Shown: positions 38,258 to 52,503 of the stretch, one piece after another
Layout of the letters: each line of letters begins with the position of its first letter
Position numbering within the stretch: the first letter of the stretch is position 1
From: Monocercomonoides exilis PA203
Taxonomy: Eukaryota > Protista > Preaxostyla
DNA: 64,000 nucleotides
NCBI GenBank assembly: GCA_001643675.2
Contig: LSRY02000054.1
Location: 310,001-374,000, forward strand
Direction: 5' to 3'
Notes under the pieces: generated by a model
The model's input: only the letters and a program-made list of their open reading frames with translations
The model's database searches: none
Told to the model about the DNA's origin: nothing
Position numbers and translations under genes: made by a program

Positions 38258-39856
38258 CCTTCTCCTTCTCCTTCTTCTCCTTCCTCCTTCCCTCTTCTTG
38301 GTTCCACCCCTTCTTTTTCTCCTTCTCCTTCGCCTTCTTCTTCCATCATGTCTGCCTTTACTGCTGATATTTCTCGTATTGCTGCTTCTTCTTCTTTTTC
38401 TTCTTCTTCTTCTTCTTTTAATTCTAATCCAAATTATCCATTTGTGCCTTCTTCATCCTCTTCCTCCTCTTCTTCTTCTTCTTCTTCCTCCTCATTTTAT
38501 TCTTCTACCTCTTCCTCTACCTCTTCTTCTTCTTCTTCTTCTTCTTCTTCTTTCTTCTCTTCTTCTTCCTCTTCCTCCTCTTCCAACCTCCAGCGTCTTT
38601 TTCCTCGTTCTTCTTGTCCGTCTCATCTTTCGTATCTGATTGATGCGCGAATAAGACGAAGCGAGCTGAAAGTAGAGCAGCTTCATTGTTTTATTAGAGA
38701 AGAAAGAGAAATGGTGGAGAGAGCAAGATTAAAGGCGATGGAGGAGAGGGAGAAGGAGAGAGAAAGAGAGAAGGAGAGGGAAAGGGAAAGAGAAAGAGAA
38801 AGAGAAAGAGAAGAAAAGAAAATGGAAGAAGAAAGAGAGAAGGAGAAGGAGAAGGAGAGAGAAAGAGAAAGAGAGAAGGAAGAAAGAGAAAGAGAAGAGA
38901 AGAAGAGGGAAGAAGAAGAAGAAAGAAGAAGAAGAGAAGAAGAAAGAGAAAGAAAAGAAGAAGATTTTAATGATTTCAATGAAAAATCGATGAATAAACA
39001 AGAAAACGAAGCAATTCGACCAATTTTTGTATCAAATTGTGGATGGGACGAGAAAGAAAGAGGAGAAAGAGAAGAAGAAGGAGAAGAAGAAAGAGAAGAA
39101 GAAGAAGAAGAAGAAGAAGGAAGAAGAGAAAGAAGAGAAGGAGAAAGAGAAGGAAGAGGAAGAGGAAGAGGAAGAGAATGTTATGAGTTTTATAATCCAC
39201 CTGAAAGGAAAGAAGAGAGAGAAAGAGAAGAAGGAGAAAGAGAAAGAGAAAGAGAAGAGAAAGAAGATGGCAATAATAACAATAAAAGTAAAGAGAAAGA
39301 GAAAGAAGAAAAGGAAAAAGATGAGAGAGAAAGAGAAGAAAGAGAGAAAAATGAAGAAGAAAACAAAGAAAACAAAGAAAACAAAGAAAATGACCCAAAA
39401 TATGCAGAAAACTCGATATTTCAACCAGAATTCGATGAAAATTCCATTTTTGAGAGCAGATTGGGAAGAAATAGCAAATTTCATCGTGTTTCTAAATCTC
39501 ATACACCTCCTGGTACCTCTTCTTCTTCTTCTCTTTCTTCTTCTATTTCTTCTTCTCTTTCTTCTTCCCCTTCTTTTAATACTTCTTTTAATTCTTCTTC
39601 TTCTTCTCATTCACTTTCTCCTTCTCCTTCTCCCTCTCTTTCTCTTTCGTCATCATCATCATCTTCTTCTTCTCTTTCTTCTTCTCTTTCTCCTCCTCCT
39701 CCTTCTTCTTCTTCTTCTTCTTCTTCTTCTTCTCATCTTCGTTCTCCTTCTCTCCATTCGTATTTCTCTCTTCGTTCTCATCCAAATTCTAATAATAATA
39801 ATATTAATATTAATAATAATCAAAATTCCCCTTCTTCTTCATTTTCCTCTTCTTCT

Positions 39857-39891
<35 letters not shown>

Positions 39892-40616
39892 CTCTTCCTC
39901 TTCCTCTTCCTCTTCTTCTTCCATTTCTTCTTCTTCCTCTTCCTCTTCTATCTCTTCTTCTTCCTTTTCTTCTTCCTCTTCTTCTTCCTCTTCTATTTCT
40001 TCTTCTTCTTTCTCTCCCTTTTCCAATTCATTTTCTTCCAATTCATTCACATCTTCATCATCAAATACACCTAATTCTTTTTCTTCTTCCATTTCTTCTT
40101 CTTCCTCCTCCTCTTCTTCTTCTCCTCCTTCTTCCCTTTCACCTTCCCCTTCCCCTTCTCCTTCTCCTTCTCCTTCCCCTTCTCCTTCTCCTTCTCCTTC
40201 CCCTTCTCTTTCTCTTTCTCCTTCTCTTTCCTCTTCTTCTTCTTCCTCTCCTTCTCCCTCTTCTTCTTCTTCCTCTCCTTCTTCTCTTTATACTCGTCTC
40301 TCCTTCTTCTTCAACTCATCCTTTCTCCACCAATTTCTCCGGCCGTTTCTCCGGCCGTTTCTCCGCTTCCTCTTCTCCTTCTACTCCTTCGCCTGTGGCT
40401 TGGCTTCGGCCTTATCTTTCCTTCTTCGAGCAATTTTCAGTTTTCTTTTTGCTTTTTCTCCTTCTCTTCCTCTTTGGCTCCTTTTTTACTTCATCTTCAG
40501 CGTTATCTTCGCATTTTCGCCTTTGTTTCCGGCCATGAGAAGGTTCGGAGAAATACACCGGAGAAATATCGGAGGAGGAGGGGGGGGAGGAATAGGAAGA
40601 GGAGGAATTAGAGGAG

Positions 40617-40648
<32 letters not shown>

Positions 40649-41014
40649 GGAGGAATGCTTGGGATATTGGTTTCAGTATTGAGTTGGGTGTTGGGGCCAT
40701 TGTGGATGGGATCTGTGGTTATGGTTATTGGGGGGTGGGGGTGGAGATGGGTGAGGGAGAAGAGGAAGGAGAGGAAGGAGAAAGAGAAAGAGAAGAAGAA
40801 GAAAGAAGGAGAAGAAGAAATGAAGAAGAAAGAAAAAGAAAAAGAGAAAGAGAAAGAAAATAAAATTTCTTCTTCTTCTTCTTCTTCTTCTTCTTCTTCA
40901 CAAATATCAAGCAAACAACCAAAAACACCCTCAAACACAGAAATTAATCAATCAGAAGACAAAACAAAGCAAACGCAAAATCAAAAGCAAAGTTCAACTT
41001 CAACCATTTCATTG

Positions 41015-41046
<32 letters not shown>

Positions 41047-41229
41047 TTCTTCTCTTCCTCCTTCTCCCCCCTTCCTTTCTCTCTGGCAATCCTTCCTTTC
41101 TTTCCTCCTTCGCTCCCACACCCCTCAGCCTCCTCCTCTTCCTCTCCTCTTTCCCCCGTTCACCACCCCCGAAGGCTTGTCTTCCTTAAAAAAGCTCTGC
41201 AATTCATTTTTCCCTTCTTCTTCTTCTCT

Positions 41230-41263
<34 letters not shown>

Positions 41264-42547
41264 TCCTCTTCTTCCTCCTCTGGCGGAATCCAAGCATTAA
41301 CCATCGAATGGCTGCATATGCAGCATCCGTCGAAAGATTTCAAGTTTTCACTGAAAAGTTCTCGTTTAGCAGGGCAGCTGTGTCCGGGATTGGGGATAGG
41401 GTATCAAGTGATGAAGTTTTGGATGGCGCTTGGAAGGGACATGAAGATGGACTGCATATTGAATATGCCGGAGGTTTGTTTGTGGGGTTGTGAGTGAGTG
41501 AGTGAGTGAGTGAGTGAGGTTGTGTGGGGTTGTGTGGGAGAGGAGAGAGAGAGAAAGAGAAAGAGAGAAAGAAAGAGAAAAAGAGAAAGAGAGAAAGAAA
41601 GAGAAAAAGAGAGAGAGAGAGAGAGAAAGAAAGAAAGAGAGAGAGAGAGAGAAATAATTTATTTATTTATTTTTTGTTTGATTTTAAATGATTTTATTTT
41701 CATTCATATTAATTCATTTGTTTTTCTCTATTCTCCTTCTCTCTCCTTCCTTCTCTCACTTTCTTTCTCTTTCTCTCCTTCTTCCCCTTTTCTCCTTCCC
41801 TTTCATTCTCTCTCCCTCTCTCTCTTTCTCCTTCTCTCACCTTCTCTCACCTTCTCTCACCTTCTCTCACCTTCTCTCTCTCCTTCCTTTTTTTCTCTCT
41901 CTCCCTCTCTCCAGCACTTCCACAACGCCTATCTCTATGCCAACTACTTCCGCTTCATCAATCCCATGTTCGAAGCCTTCTTTCAGACCCTCCGCTCAGA
42001 TTTAGAGGCAGACATCGGCAAATATGGCCTGGGGACTGTGGGGCTGTGTGTTTCAATGGGTTTTGTGGTGGATTCGTGTACGGGTGGAGGAGGAGGTGGT
42101 GGTGGAGGAGGAAGTTCTTCTTCTTCTTCTTCTTCTTCTTCTTCTTCTTCAAATTCTAATCATAATACGAACAATTCCGACAATTCAAACACTTCAGACA
42201 CTTCATCATCACATCACTCACACACCAACACTTCATCTTCTCTTTCTTCTTCCTCTTCTTCTTCCTCTTCCTCCTCTTCCTCCTCTTTTTCTCCTTCCTC
42301 CTCCTCTTCTTCTCTCCCTTCCTCTTCCTCTTCCTCTTCCTCCAACCCACTCTCCTCCTTCTTCCACCGCCCAGTCACGTGGCACCCAGAAGAAATGGCT
42401 CTCCCTCTTTCGCCTCGAATGTGCAGTTTCTTCCGCTCTCAGCAGTATCTTTCTATTTATCACACGCATCTGAAGAGATTGAGGCCGAACAATGGGACAG
42501 AGAAGAGGTTTTATATTGATTGGAACAGGGTGGCGTTTGGGGAGTGA
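34422..42547 (+). CDS. ~2,544-aa protein: bacterial-type GNAT-like domain split by a huge low-complexity insertion
   Basis: Predicted exons 34422-34554, 34605-41473 and 41915-42547 with GT-AG junctions and frame preserved. Conserved-looking blocks occur mainly at the two ends. Confidence 0.8.
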
Positions 42548-42837
42548 AGGAGGAAAGGAGAAGGAGAGGGAGAGAGAAAGAGAAAGAGAAAGAGGAAGAG
42601 AAAGAAAGAAAGAAAAGGAGAAGGAGAAGAGGAGAAGGAGAGAAGAAGATAATGGTGATAGCAATTATAATGAAGATGGAAAAAAATGATGATAACGATA
42701 AGAACAATATTAAAGAAAGAAAAAAGAGGAAGAAGAAGAAGAAGAAGAAGAAGAAGAAGAAGAAGAAGAAGAAGAAATGAATGAATGAAATCTTCATATT
42801 TGTGTTTTGGTCAGGTTTGTATGGAGCAATTGAGGAA

Positions 42838-42868
<31 letters not shown>

Positions 42869-43078
42869 AATTCGTTCATTCATCCGTTCATTAATGAAAG
42901 ACTTCAAATAAAAATTCATGAAACATTCCATTCAATCAATCGTTTATTCATTCATATTCATTCATTCATTCATTTGTCCTATCTTTCAATGGAACAATCA
43001 ATCGATGGATCATTTATTCATTCATTTACTTATTCGATCAATCAATAAGCCATCAAGCAACCCAATTAATCGCTAAAT

Positions 43079-43092
43079 TCCTTCCTTCCTTC

Positions 43093-43185
<93 letters not shown>

Positions 43186-43220
43186 TTCCTTCCTTCCTTC
43201 CTTCCTTCCTTCCTTCCTTC
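43079..43220. repeat. Compound (TTCC)n/(TTTC)n microsatellite
   Basis: Direct observation. Confidence 0.9.
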
Positions 43221-44624
43221 ATTTCAGTCAATCGCCTAATCATTTGGAATGAGCATTCATTTGTTCATTCGTTTCATCATCATTCATTCTTTTGTTCTTT
43301 CTCTCTTTCTTTTGTTCATTCATTGCATATGAAATTGATTAAACTGATTTTGTTGCTCAAATTCTGATATGCTGATGTTATCTTTTCTTTTATCTTTTTC
43401 TTTTTCTTTTTCTTTTTCTTTTTCTTCTTTTTCTTCTCTTTTTCTGCTCTATTTTTGTTTTAAAAAAATTGTAAAGATGTTTTTTAAAAGCAATAAGAAA
43501 TACAAGAAAATCAAAGAAAATCAAAGAAATGTGAAAAATGTTGAATGTCATTGAAAAGTCTTCTCGTTGTGAGGAAATTTCATTTCATAGTAGTTAAAAT
43601 CAGTTTATTGTTTATTTATTTATTTATTTATGTGATTTTTTAATTCTATTTATTTGTTTTTCTTTCTTTTATTTCTCTTTCTTCTCTTTCTTTCTCATTT
43701 TCTCTCTATCTTTTGTATTTTTCTATCTCTTTCTCTTTCTCTTCTTCTTCCTCCCTTTCTCTTTCTCCCTCTCTTCCTCTGTATTTTATAAGAGTAATTT
43801 TGTTTATAATAAGTTTTTATTTGCCTTTTTTTTTTTCAATGAATTTTATTTATTGAGTAATAAATAATTTTTTTTTTATCCAACATTTCTTTTTTTTTTT
43901 TTTTTCATTATTCCCATTTATATATTTATTTTTATTTGTCTCTATTTTATTTGACTCTATTTTATTTAATTCTCCTTTATTTAATTCTATTTTGTTTTTA
44001 TTTTATTTTATTTATTTCATTTCTAATTATTTATTTTTTTTTCAATTTTTTTATTTGTCTGTTATCAACTTCTTCATTTGAGTGCTTTAAAAAAGATTTT
44101 TTTTTTCAATTCTTCTTTCGCCATCTTCTTAAAAATGTCATTGTCTACCTTAAAATCCATATCATTTTAAATACAAATAGAAAACAAAAGGAAAAAAAAA
44201 AAAAAAAGAGAGTAAGAGAAAGAGAGAAATAAACTAAAATATTGGCAGAGCAATGCAAGTGCTTCATTGTTCGCAATTTAACTATTCTAATAATGCTCGT
44301 GATTATTTCAATTGTTTTTTTATTTTTATTATTGCTTCTGTTTTTGAACATTTCAATATTTTTGTCTTTAAATAGACAAATAAAGATTGCATAAGAGGAT
44401 GAAACAGTTCAAATTTTTATAAAAAATTTATCTCATTCTTTTGTCTTTCATTGTTATTTAAGACTTTTGGATCAATATAATTTTTGAACATAAACTTTTT
44501 TGAAGAAAATTTCTAATTGTTGATCAAAGATGATATGGGTTAAAACTATAATTAAAATTTTTTGATAAGTTTTTTGTTTTTTATTAAACAAATATTGTCA
44601 AAGCTTTTTCACACTTAAAAGCAT

Positions 44625-45201
44625 ATGTCATCAGATTCAGAAGATGAAAGTAAAGAACTGACACAAGAACAAAAAAAGTGGCACATATTGTATCCTCTGT
44701 TTTTTGATAGTACAAAGTCAAGAAAGCACGGTATGAATTGTTAAATAATGCAATAAACTATATTTTGTTCAGGGAGAATTATGCCTTCTAATTTATGCAT
44801 TCCTGAGCCAACAGCAGAAGAGATTGCCGATGCTTGTAAGGAGTTGAATCTGCCTTTTGTTTTGGAAGTTTCGGATTTTTCACAAATTAATTTGCAATTT
44901 CATTTTTGATAACTTGCTTTTTTATAAAATTTAAGCCTGGAAAAAAGCATCCAAGAGAATTTTTCTTGGAAGGTCGGGTGAGAGTTAATTTCAAATCTCC
45001 AAAAGATGAAAAGAAGCCAAGGACTCCATTACGCGAAGACATACCATCTAGTATGAGAAATTTTTGATTCAATCGCCTTTCTTTTCTTTATATTTGTTTT
45101 TAGAATTAAAACTTGAAAAGATGGTGGCTGAGATAATGAAAAATAGAAGAACGGAAAAGGGACAAAAACAAAAATCAACAGGAAAAGGAAAACGAAAATA
45201 A
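44625..45201 (+). CDS. SRP19: Signal recognition particle 19 kDa subunit (4 exons)
   Basis: Spliced translation: KKWHILYPLFFDSTKSRKHGRI...PEPTAEEIADACKELNL...EPGKKHPREF..GRVRV, with a basic tail. Confidence 0.93.
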
Positions 45202-45410
45202 TTCACTTCATTTTTGTAAAAATGATTATTGAAAGACTTTCTCATGAGTGAAATATTTGTTTTTCAGAAGTTGTATCAAAAAAATCAAAATGCCTAAATT
45301 TTATTATTTTAAATACTTTCAAACAAGGAAACAACAAGAATTCTCATCATATTTTTTGACAAATCATTCAAAAATAATTGTGCTTATCAAAAGTGAAAAA
45401 GGGAAAAACT

Positions 45411-45481
45411 TGCAGTAACCGGGACTCGAACCCGGGTCGCAACGATGGCAACGTTGCATTCTACCCCTAGACCATTACTGC
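45411..45481 (-). tRNA. tRNA-Gly (GCC)
   Basis: GCAGTAATGGTCTAGGGGTAGAATGCAACGTTGCCATCGTTGCGACCCGGGTTCGAGTCCCGGTTACTGCA folds as a cloverleaf with anticodon GCC, followed by a T-run. Confidence 0.95.
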
Positions 45482-45895
45482 TTGTTGAAAAGAAGGTTCT
45501 TTTGCTTCATAGCTGTTAGTAATGTTTATCATAAAAAATTTTTGTAAGGAAATACTTTTTATTGAGAACTTCACATTTCCAAACTAATATTTAGAAACTG
45601 TCCTGAGATATTTGAGTATGTGTTTAAATTGCAATGAATCACTTTTTATTCAAGATGTATTTTTTGTGTTTAATTTTTCTTAAAATATTTGTTTTGATGA
45701 GATAAAATAATTATTCAAATATTCTTCCTCTCAAAATTAAAAAAGTAAAAATACTCATAAATATTTTTTTAATAAATGAAATTTTTGATACAAGCAAAAT
45801 CGGGCATTATCACATTATAATAAATGAAACTTTAATGTGATCGTTTCCGGTTTATGCTTTGTACCAAAAAATTTTTTATTCGTTCCGTAAAATAA

Positions 45896-47882
<1,987 letters not shown>

Positions 47883-47944
47883 TGAAAAAACTTAAACAAG
47901 ATTACTTTATGGTTGTCTTTCCCATAAATAAAAGGCAAAAAACA

Positions 47945-48557
47945 ATGGGAAAACGATTGGGATGTAAGGGCAATGTCCACAACAAAAGAGAGAGAGCCAA
48001 CCATAGAATTGCAGTTGAAAAAGAACGTCCTGTATGTTATTTATTGTATATGTTTTGGATCTTAACTGTTTTCGTTTTATCATCTTTTTTTCATTTTAAA
48101 TTACGGTGATTCTATTAGAAAGTTTTAGCTGACTACGAGGAAAGATACAAGCTGTTAATGGCTGATCTTAGACTTCAAAATAGAAGAAAAGCTGCTGATG
48201 CAAAGAAGGCTGAAGAAATAAGAAAGCAGAAAGGAATTGAAACCCCAAAAGAAAAAGAAACAAAAAATGAGCAACAAAAATCAAAGCCTAAAAAGAAAAT
48301 GAGTTTGTTCTTATCATTTTGTGTTTTATCAGTTTGTTGAGCATGTTCCAATTTTAGGTGAATCTCGAAAAAAGAAAATTGAGCTAAGCAGGCGTCCTGA
48401 CATTCGAAAAAAAATACAGGTTTGTAAAATATAAAAATGGAAGGTCAAGTGTTTTTTTAACTTTAATTTAATAAACTTACAAATCCATTTTTAGAGACGT
48501 ATCAAAAGGAACAGAAAGCCAAAGCATAAAAAACGTCATATTGCTGCTGTTGTCTGA
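47945..48557 (+). CDS. Small, highly basic, probably nuclear protein (4 predicted exons)
   Basis: MGKRLGCKGNVHNKRERANHRIAVEKERP|KVLADYEERYKLLMADLRLQNRRK..., K/R-rich, with GT-AG introns. Confidence 0.7.
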
Positions 48558-48737
48558 AAAACATCATTTCGCTATTTTAAATGCGTCTATTTGCTTTGTA
48601 ATTACAATGCTTTATTTTTTGGTTATTAAATGACAATGTTCAATGTTTTCAATTGATTAATTGATTGTTGCTTATCATTTCACATATTTTAAAAGATATA
48701 GCAGATTATAAATTTTTCTTAAAAATAAAAGGATATA

Positions 48738-49166
48738 CAGTGAAGCTCGGTTATAATCACCTCGGTTGTAATCAAGACCGCGAATAATCACAATTTTTCG
48801 TGCATCGATAAATTTTGCATTTTTCCTTATGTAATTTCATCGGATATAATCACACTAAAATCGTGAATAATCACAAAATTTGAAAATTTATGGGTATTTT
48901 TCTGTTTATTTCGAAATTTTTGAAAAAATGAAAGTTGTTTTTTTCTGCTTTATAATGAACAAAAATTTTCATTAAAACATTAAAAATTGAAAAATCGATT
49001 CAAATGTGTGGATTTAAATAAATATTGAAAATTTTCTTTTTTAATCTTCAAAAAAATTTTTTCTGAAAAACTTTTCAATGAAAAAGATGGTTCGGTTGTA
49101 ATCAAGTTCGGTTATAATCACAAAAAATCATGCAAAATGGATTGTGATTATAACCGAGCTTGACTG
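48738..49166. mobile_element. 429-bp Tc1/mariner-pogo-type MITE
   Basis: TA | CAGTGAAGCTCGGTTATAATCAC ... GTGATTATAACCGAGCTTGACTG | TA (23-bp TIR, 1 mismatch). Internal repeats of TCGGTT(A/G)TAATCA. Confidence 0.9.
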
Positions 49167-49390
49167 TACTTCAAAAGTATAAAGTTTTGTTAGGTTTTGA
49201 AAATGAACATAAACGTCAAACATGCATAATTATTTTTATGTAGCATAAAATATTATGAAAAACATCAGAGTATACTAAATTCTGAAGTTCTTGTTTCGAA
49301 AAAAGATTGATTATCCAGCATTTCAAAATTTGCATTTTCATTTATTAACATCAAATTTTCGAAATTATAATACTTCAAAAATTAAAAAAT

Positions 49391-49463
49391 TGGAGATGCC
49401 GGGCTTTGATCCCAGTGCCTCTCGCATGCTAAGCGAACGATCTACCAATTGATCTACATCCCC
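49391..49463 (-). tRNA. tRNA-Ala (AGC)
   Basis: GGGGATGTAGATCAATTGGTAGATCGTTCGCTTAGCATGCGAGAGGCACTGGGATCAAAGCCCGGCATCTCCA; G3:U70 identity pair, anticodon AGC. Confidence 0.9.
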
Positions 49464-49742
49464 AGGTTGTGAAACAAATCTATTTTAAAAATATTAGTAA
49501 ATTATTTTTTAGAGAAAAAAAAAAAAAATTTCAGTCAAATTTCTGAAAAATGGTTTTATTTTTATTTCATTTATGTTAATTATTTTGTGATCCTTTTTTA
49601 GAAATTATGATTAATATTAAAGTGATATTTTGTTGTACTTTATGAATCCATAATTTGTCTTTCATATATTACAATTTGTGAATTCACTTCGAATTATGAT
49701 TAATGAACAAAAAAGTTTTTTTTTTTATTTTTTTTTATTTTT

Positions 49743-49775
<33 letters not shown>

Positions 49776-50660
49776 AGACAAAGAAATAAGAATGTTGAAA
49801 TAAGGAATATTGAATTGAATGAATTTCTGTGTTTTGAACACTTCAGTGTTAGAACCAAATCCACAATCCTCATTTATTAATTTTTAGATTATTTAAATTT
49901 CACTTTTGTCCGATAAAAAATGTGAAAAAAAATGATATTTTTTCATTTAATGAAAACACAATGGCAGATGTTCCTTGAACTTCTTAAGGACATAAATTTG
50001 GTCTTCATTTCAAATTTCCATTTAAAAGTTTTTGAAACAATGCGGTTATCTTATAACCTTTGAAAGCTGCAATCTCTACAATTATTAATTTTTTTGAAAA
50101 CATGTGATGTGTGAGTTTCTTCGAAACCTTATAAAGTTTCAACAGTTGTAAAGAGATATAAGAAAAAGAAAAGGTTAAATTAGATTATTATTGAATAAGT
50201 TTTGCGAACGATCAGTAAGATGCTATGATCGAAGGTCATGCCAAAAAAATGAATAAAACATTTTAACAAAATTTTATTTTTCGAATTCATAAAACTTTCA
50301 CAATTATGCACACACAGATAAATGTTTTGATTTCTGAAATAATCACACATTCAAAAAGAAAACACATTTTGTTAAAAAAACCACTATGTGTGGAATTGAA
50401 CGATTTGAATAAAAAAACATGAAGCTTCGGACATGTTTTTATATTTGTGTCGCTCTTTATGAAAACTCACATATTTGTAATTGTCAGGATAATTAAAAAT
50501 CATATTAATTGAATTTTTTTGATTTAATAAGTTAAATCATTTTTTAATAAAACTCATTTTCCGTATTATATTCAAGTTTTATTTATGTTTTTTCTGAGTT
50601 ATTTGAGTGAAAAAAAGCTGAAATTGATTTTTAAAAAATTTGATTATAAATCCAGCATGT

Positions 50661-50917
50661 GTGTGATTATTTTTGAAATCATAACTTTTTTCGGTGTAAT
50701 TATTATTTTGAAAATTCATTATCATTTGCTGAATATTTGTCATTTAAAGATTAAATGCTTATCATTCGTTTCAAAAGCCAAAGTTCGACTTGAAAAAAAT
50801 AGAAGATGTGTCATTAAAAAAATCTGTAACTTTTCAGGGTCCATTCTTGAATATTCCTTTCAAATGTACAATCCGAAATTTTTGACAGAAAAAATATGAT
50901 TTCGAAAATAATCACTC
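50661..50917. mobile_element. 257-bp MITE, family A (further degenerate copies at ~50109-50348 and ~52050-52303)
   Basis: GTGTGATTATTTTTGAAATCATAACTTTTTTCGG ... ATGATTTCGAAAATAATCACTC. Confidence 0.75.
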
Positions 50918-51269
50918 ATGAAAATGAAACTTGTTTTTCTTTAAGAAAGTTCCTTTTATTTCAATTTATTTTTCATGAAAAGCTAATATTTATAATTAAA
51001 ACCAATGCTGTTTATTTATGAATATGCCTTGTTATGTTCACAAAATTAAATAAGAAACATTTTTCCTTCTTTGTTCAAAGAAAAAAATTTTCTGAATGAA
51101 TGTCATTATTTCAATAGATCAAATGAAGATTAACTGTCTGAGATAAATTTTATTAAAAATAGAATATTTGAATTAATGATAACTTTTTTCTGAAAAAGCA
51201 CACGTACGAATGTTTATTGACAATGAAAAAATAATTTGATATTAATTATTTTTGATTTTCAAGAGGACA

Positions 51270-51620
51270 AATATCGCTTTAAACACTAGACAAGATCGAT
51301 TTCATAATAACTGCATGAGGAATAATTCTGACAAATTTCCTCAAAATATATCTCATCAATACGAACTCTATTGAAATACAAAACTTTCAAGACAGCTTCA
51401 TTTGTGCTCAGAAAAAATATATTATTAAAAATTCGGAGAAAGAGGATTTTGAGTTTCTCCGAGATTTTAATAATAATTATCTCTGAGCACAAATGAGACT
51501 ATTTTGAAAGTCTTTTGTGTCACGCGAGTTTGTATTGATAAGATATATTTTGAGGAAAATTGTCAAAATTATTCCTCTTGCGGTTATTGTGACATCGATC
51601 TTTCCCGGAATTTTATGCGA
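51270..51620. repeat. Long imperfect palindrome (foldback) centred near 51447
   Basis: The arms are reverse complements with a ~10-nt loop. The ORF track shows near-identical peptides on opposite strands (IYFEEICQNYSSC / IYFEENCQNYSSC). Confidence 0.85.
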
Positions 51621-52472
51621 TATCTGTATTTCATCGATAACAACATTAATATTTATTTCCGACATTTTGACAGAAACAGATTAATATCTATGAGTGTTTA
51701 TCAATAAATCCTCAAAACGTTTTGTATCAAACAATATGTTTAACAGTGTTGAATAATAAGTTCATTTATCTCCAAAAAATGTTCACCAAATTTGAATAAA
51801 ATATTGCGATGATAAACAAAACTGAATCTTTCACTTTTCGAATTTTTTATTCGACTCAAAATTTGCAAACATTGTTCTCAATTATGCATTTTTCTGTTCT
51901 TTTTTGCATTGGAGAAGAAAACTTATTTTGATATGATTTCAGAAAAATTTTGCAACAAATCCCGGTTTTTTTCATTATTATAAATATAATACCACAAATA
52001 TCTTGCAATAAAAATCGAATAACGTTTGTGCAAATGTTTCATAAATTTGAGTTAATCTTTTAGAAATCATTGAATTTTTTTGGAGATGTTTTTTTCAATG
52101 ATATTAAGCAGTTAAAAAGAAAATTTTCTTTTTCATGGAAAAAGTTTCACAACTGCTTTTTAAACATATGTTTTAGATGAAATATCGATGAAGACGTCTT
52201 TAAAAAGCTTTTTCATTTTTCAGTATTCTTTTGTTGGATTCAATGAATATTTTTCGTCAGAAAATTTTTAATGAATTATTACGATAACAAAAATTATTAC
52301 TCACTAATAAGGTTGAGTGTTTTTACCAAACGTCATTATTTAAGATCAAATTGCATATAGACTTTGAGTATCGTTCAACAATGTTATGGTTTGGATTCAT
52401 TCTCAAAACTAAGCCTTTGCGACAAGGAAAAATTGAACGATGATTGTCGGTCGATTGGAAAAACCAATGTCG

Positions 52473-52503
<31 letters not shown>

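Noticed and set aside
34801-42797. Many overlapping antisense and alternative-frame ORFs (e.g. 39027-40538, 503 aa)
   Set aside because: By-products of stop-poor purine/pyrimidine microsatellites; translations are poly-K/L/F/R.
49391-49463. tRNA-Ala as a pseudogene because of its ATCAAAG T-loop
   Set aside because: A54 is common in eukaryotic tRNA-Ala, and the stems and G3:U70 pair are intact.
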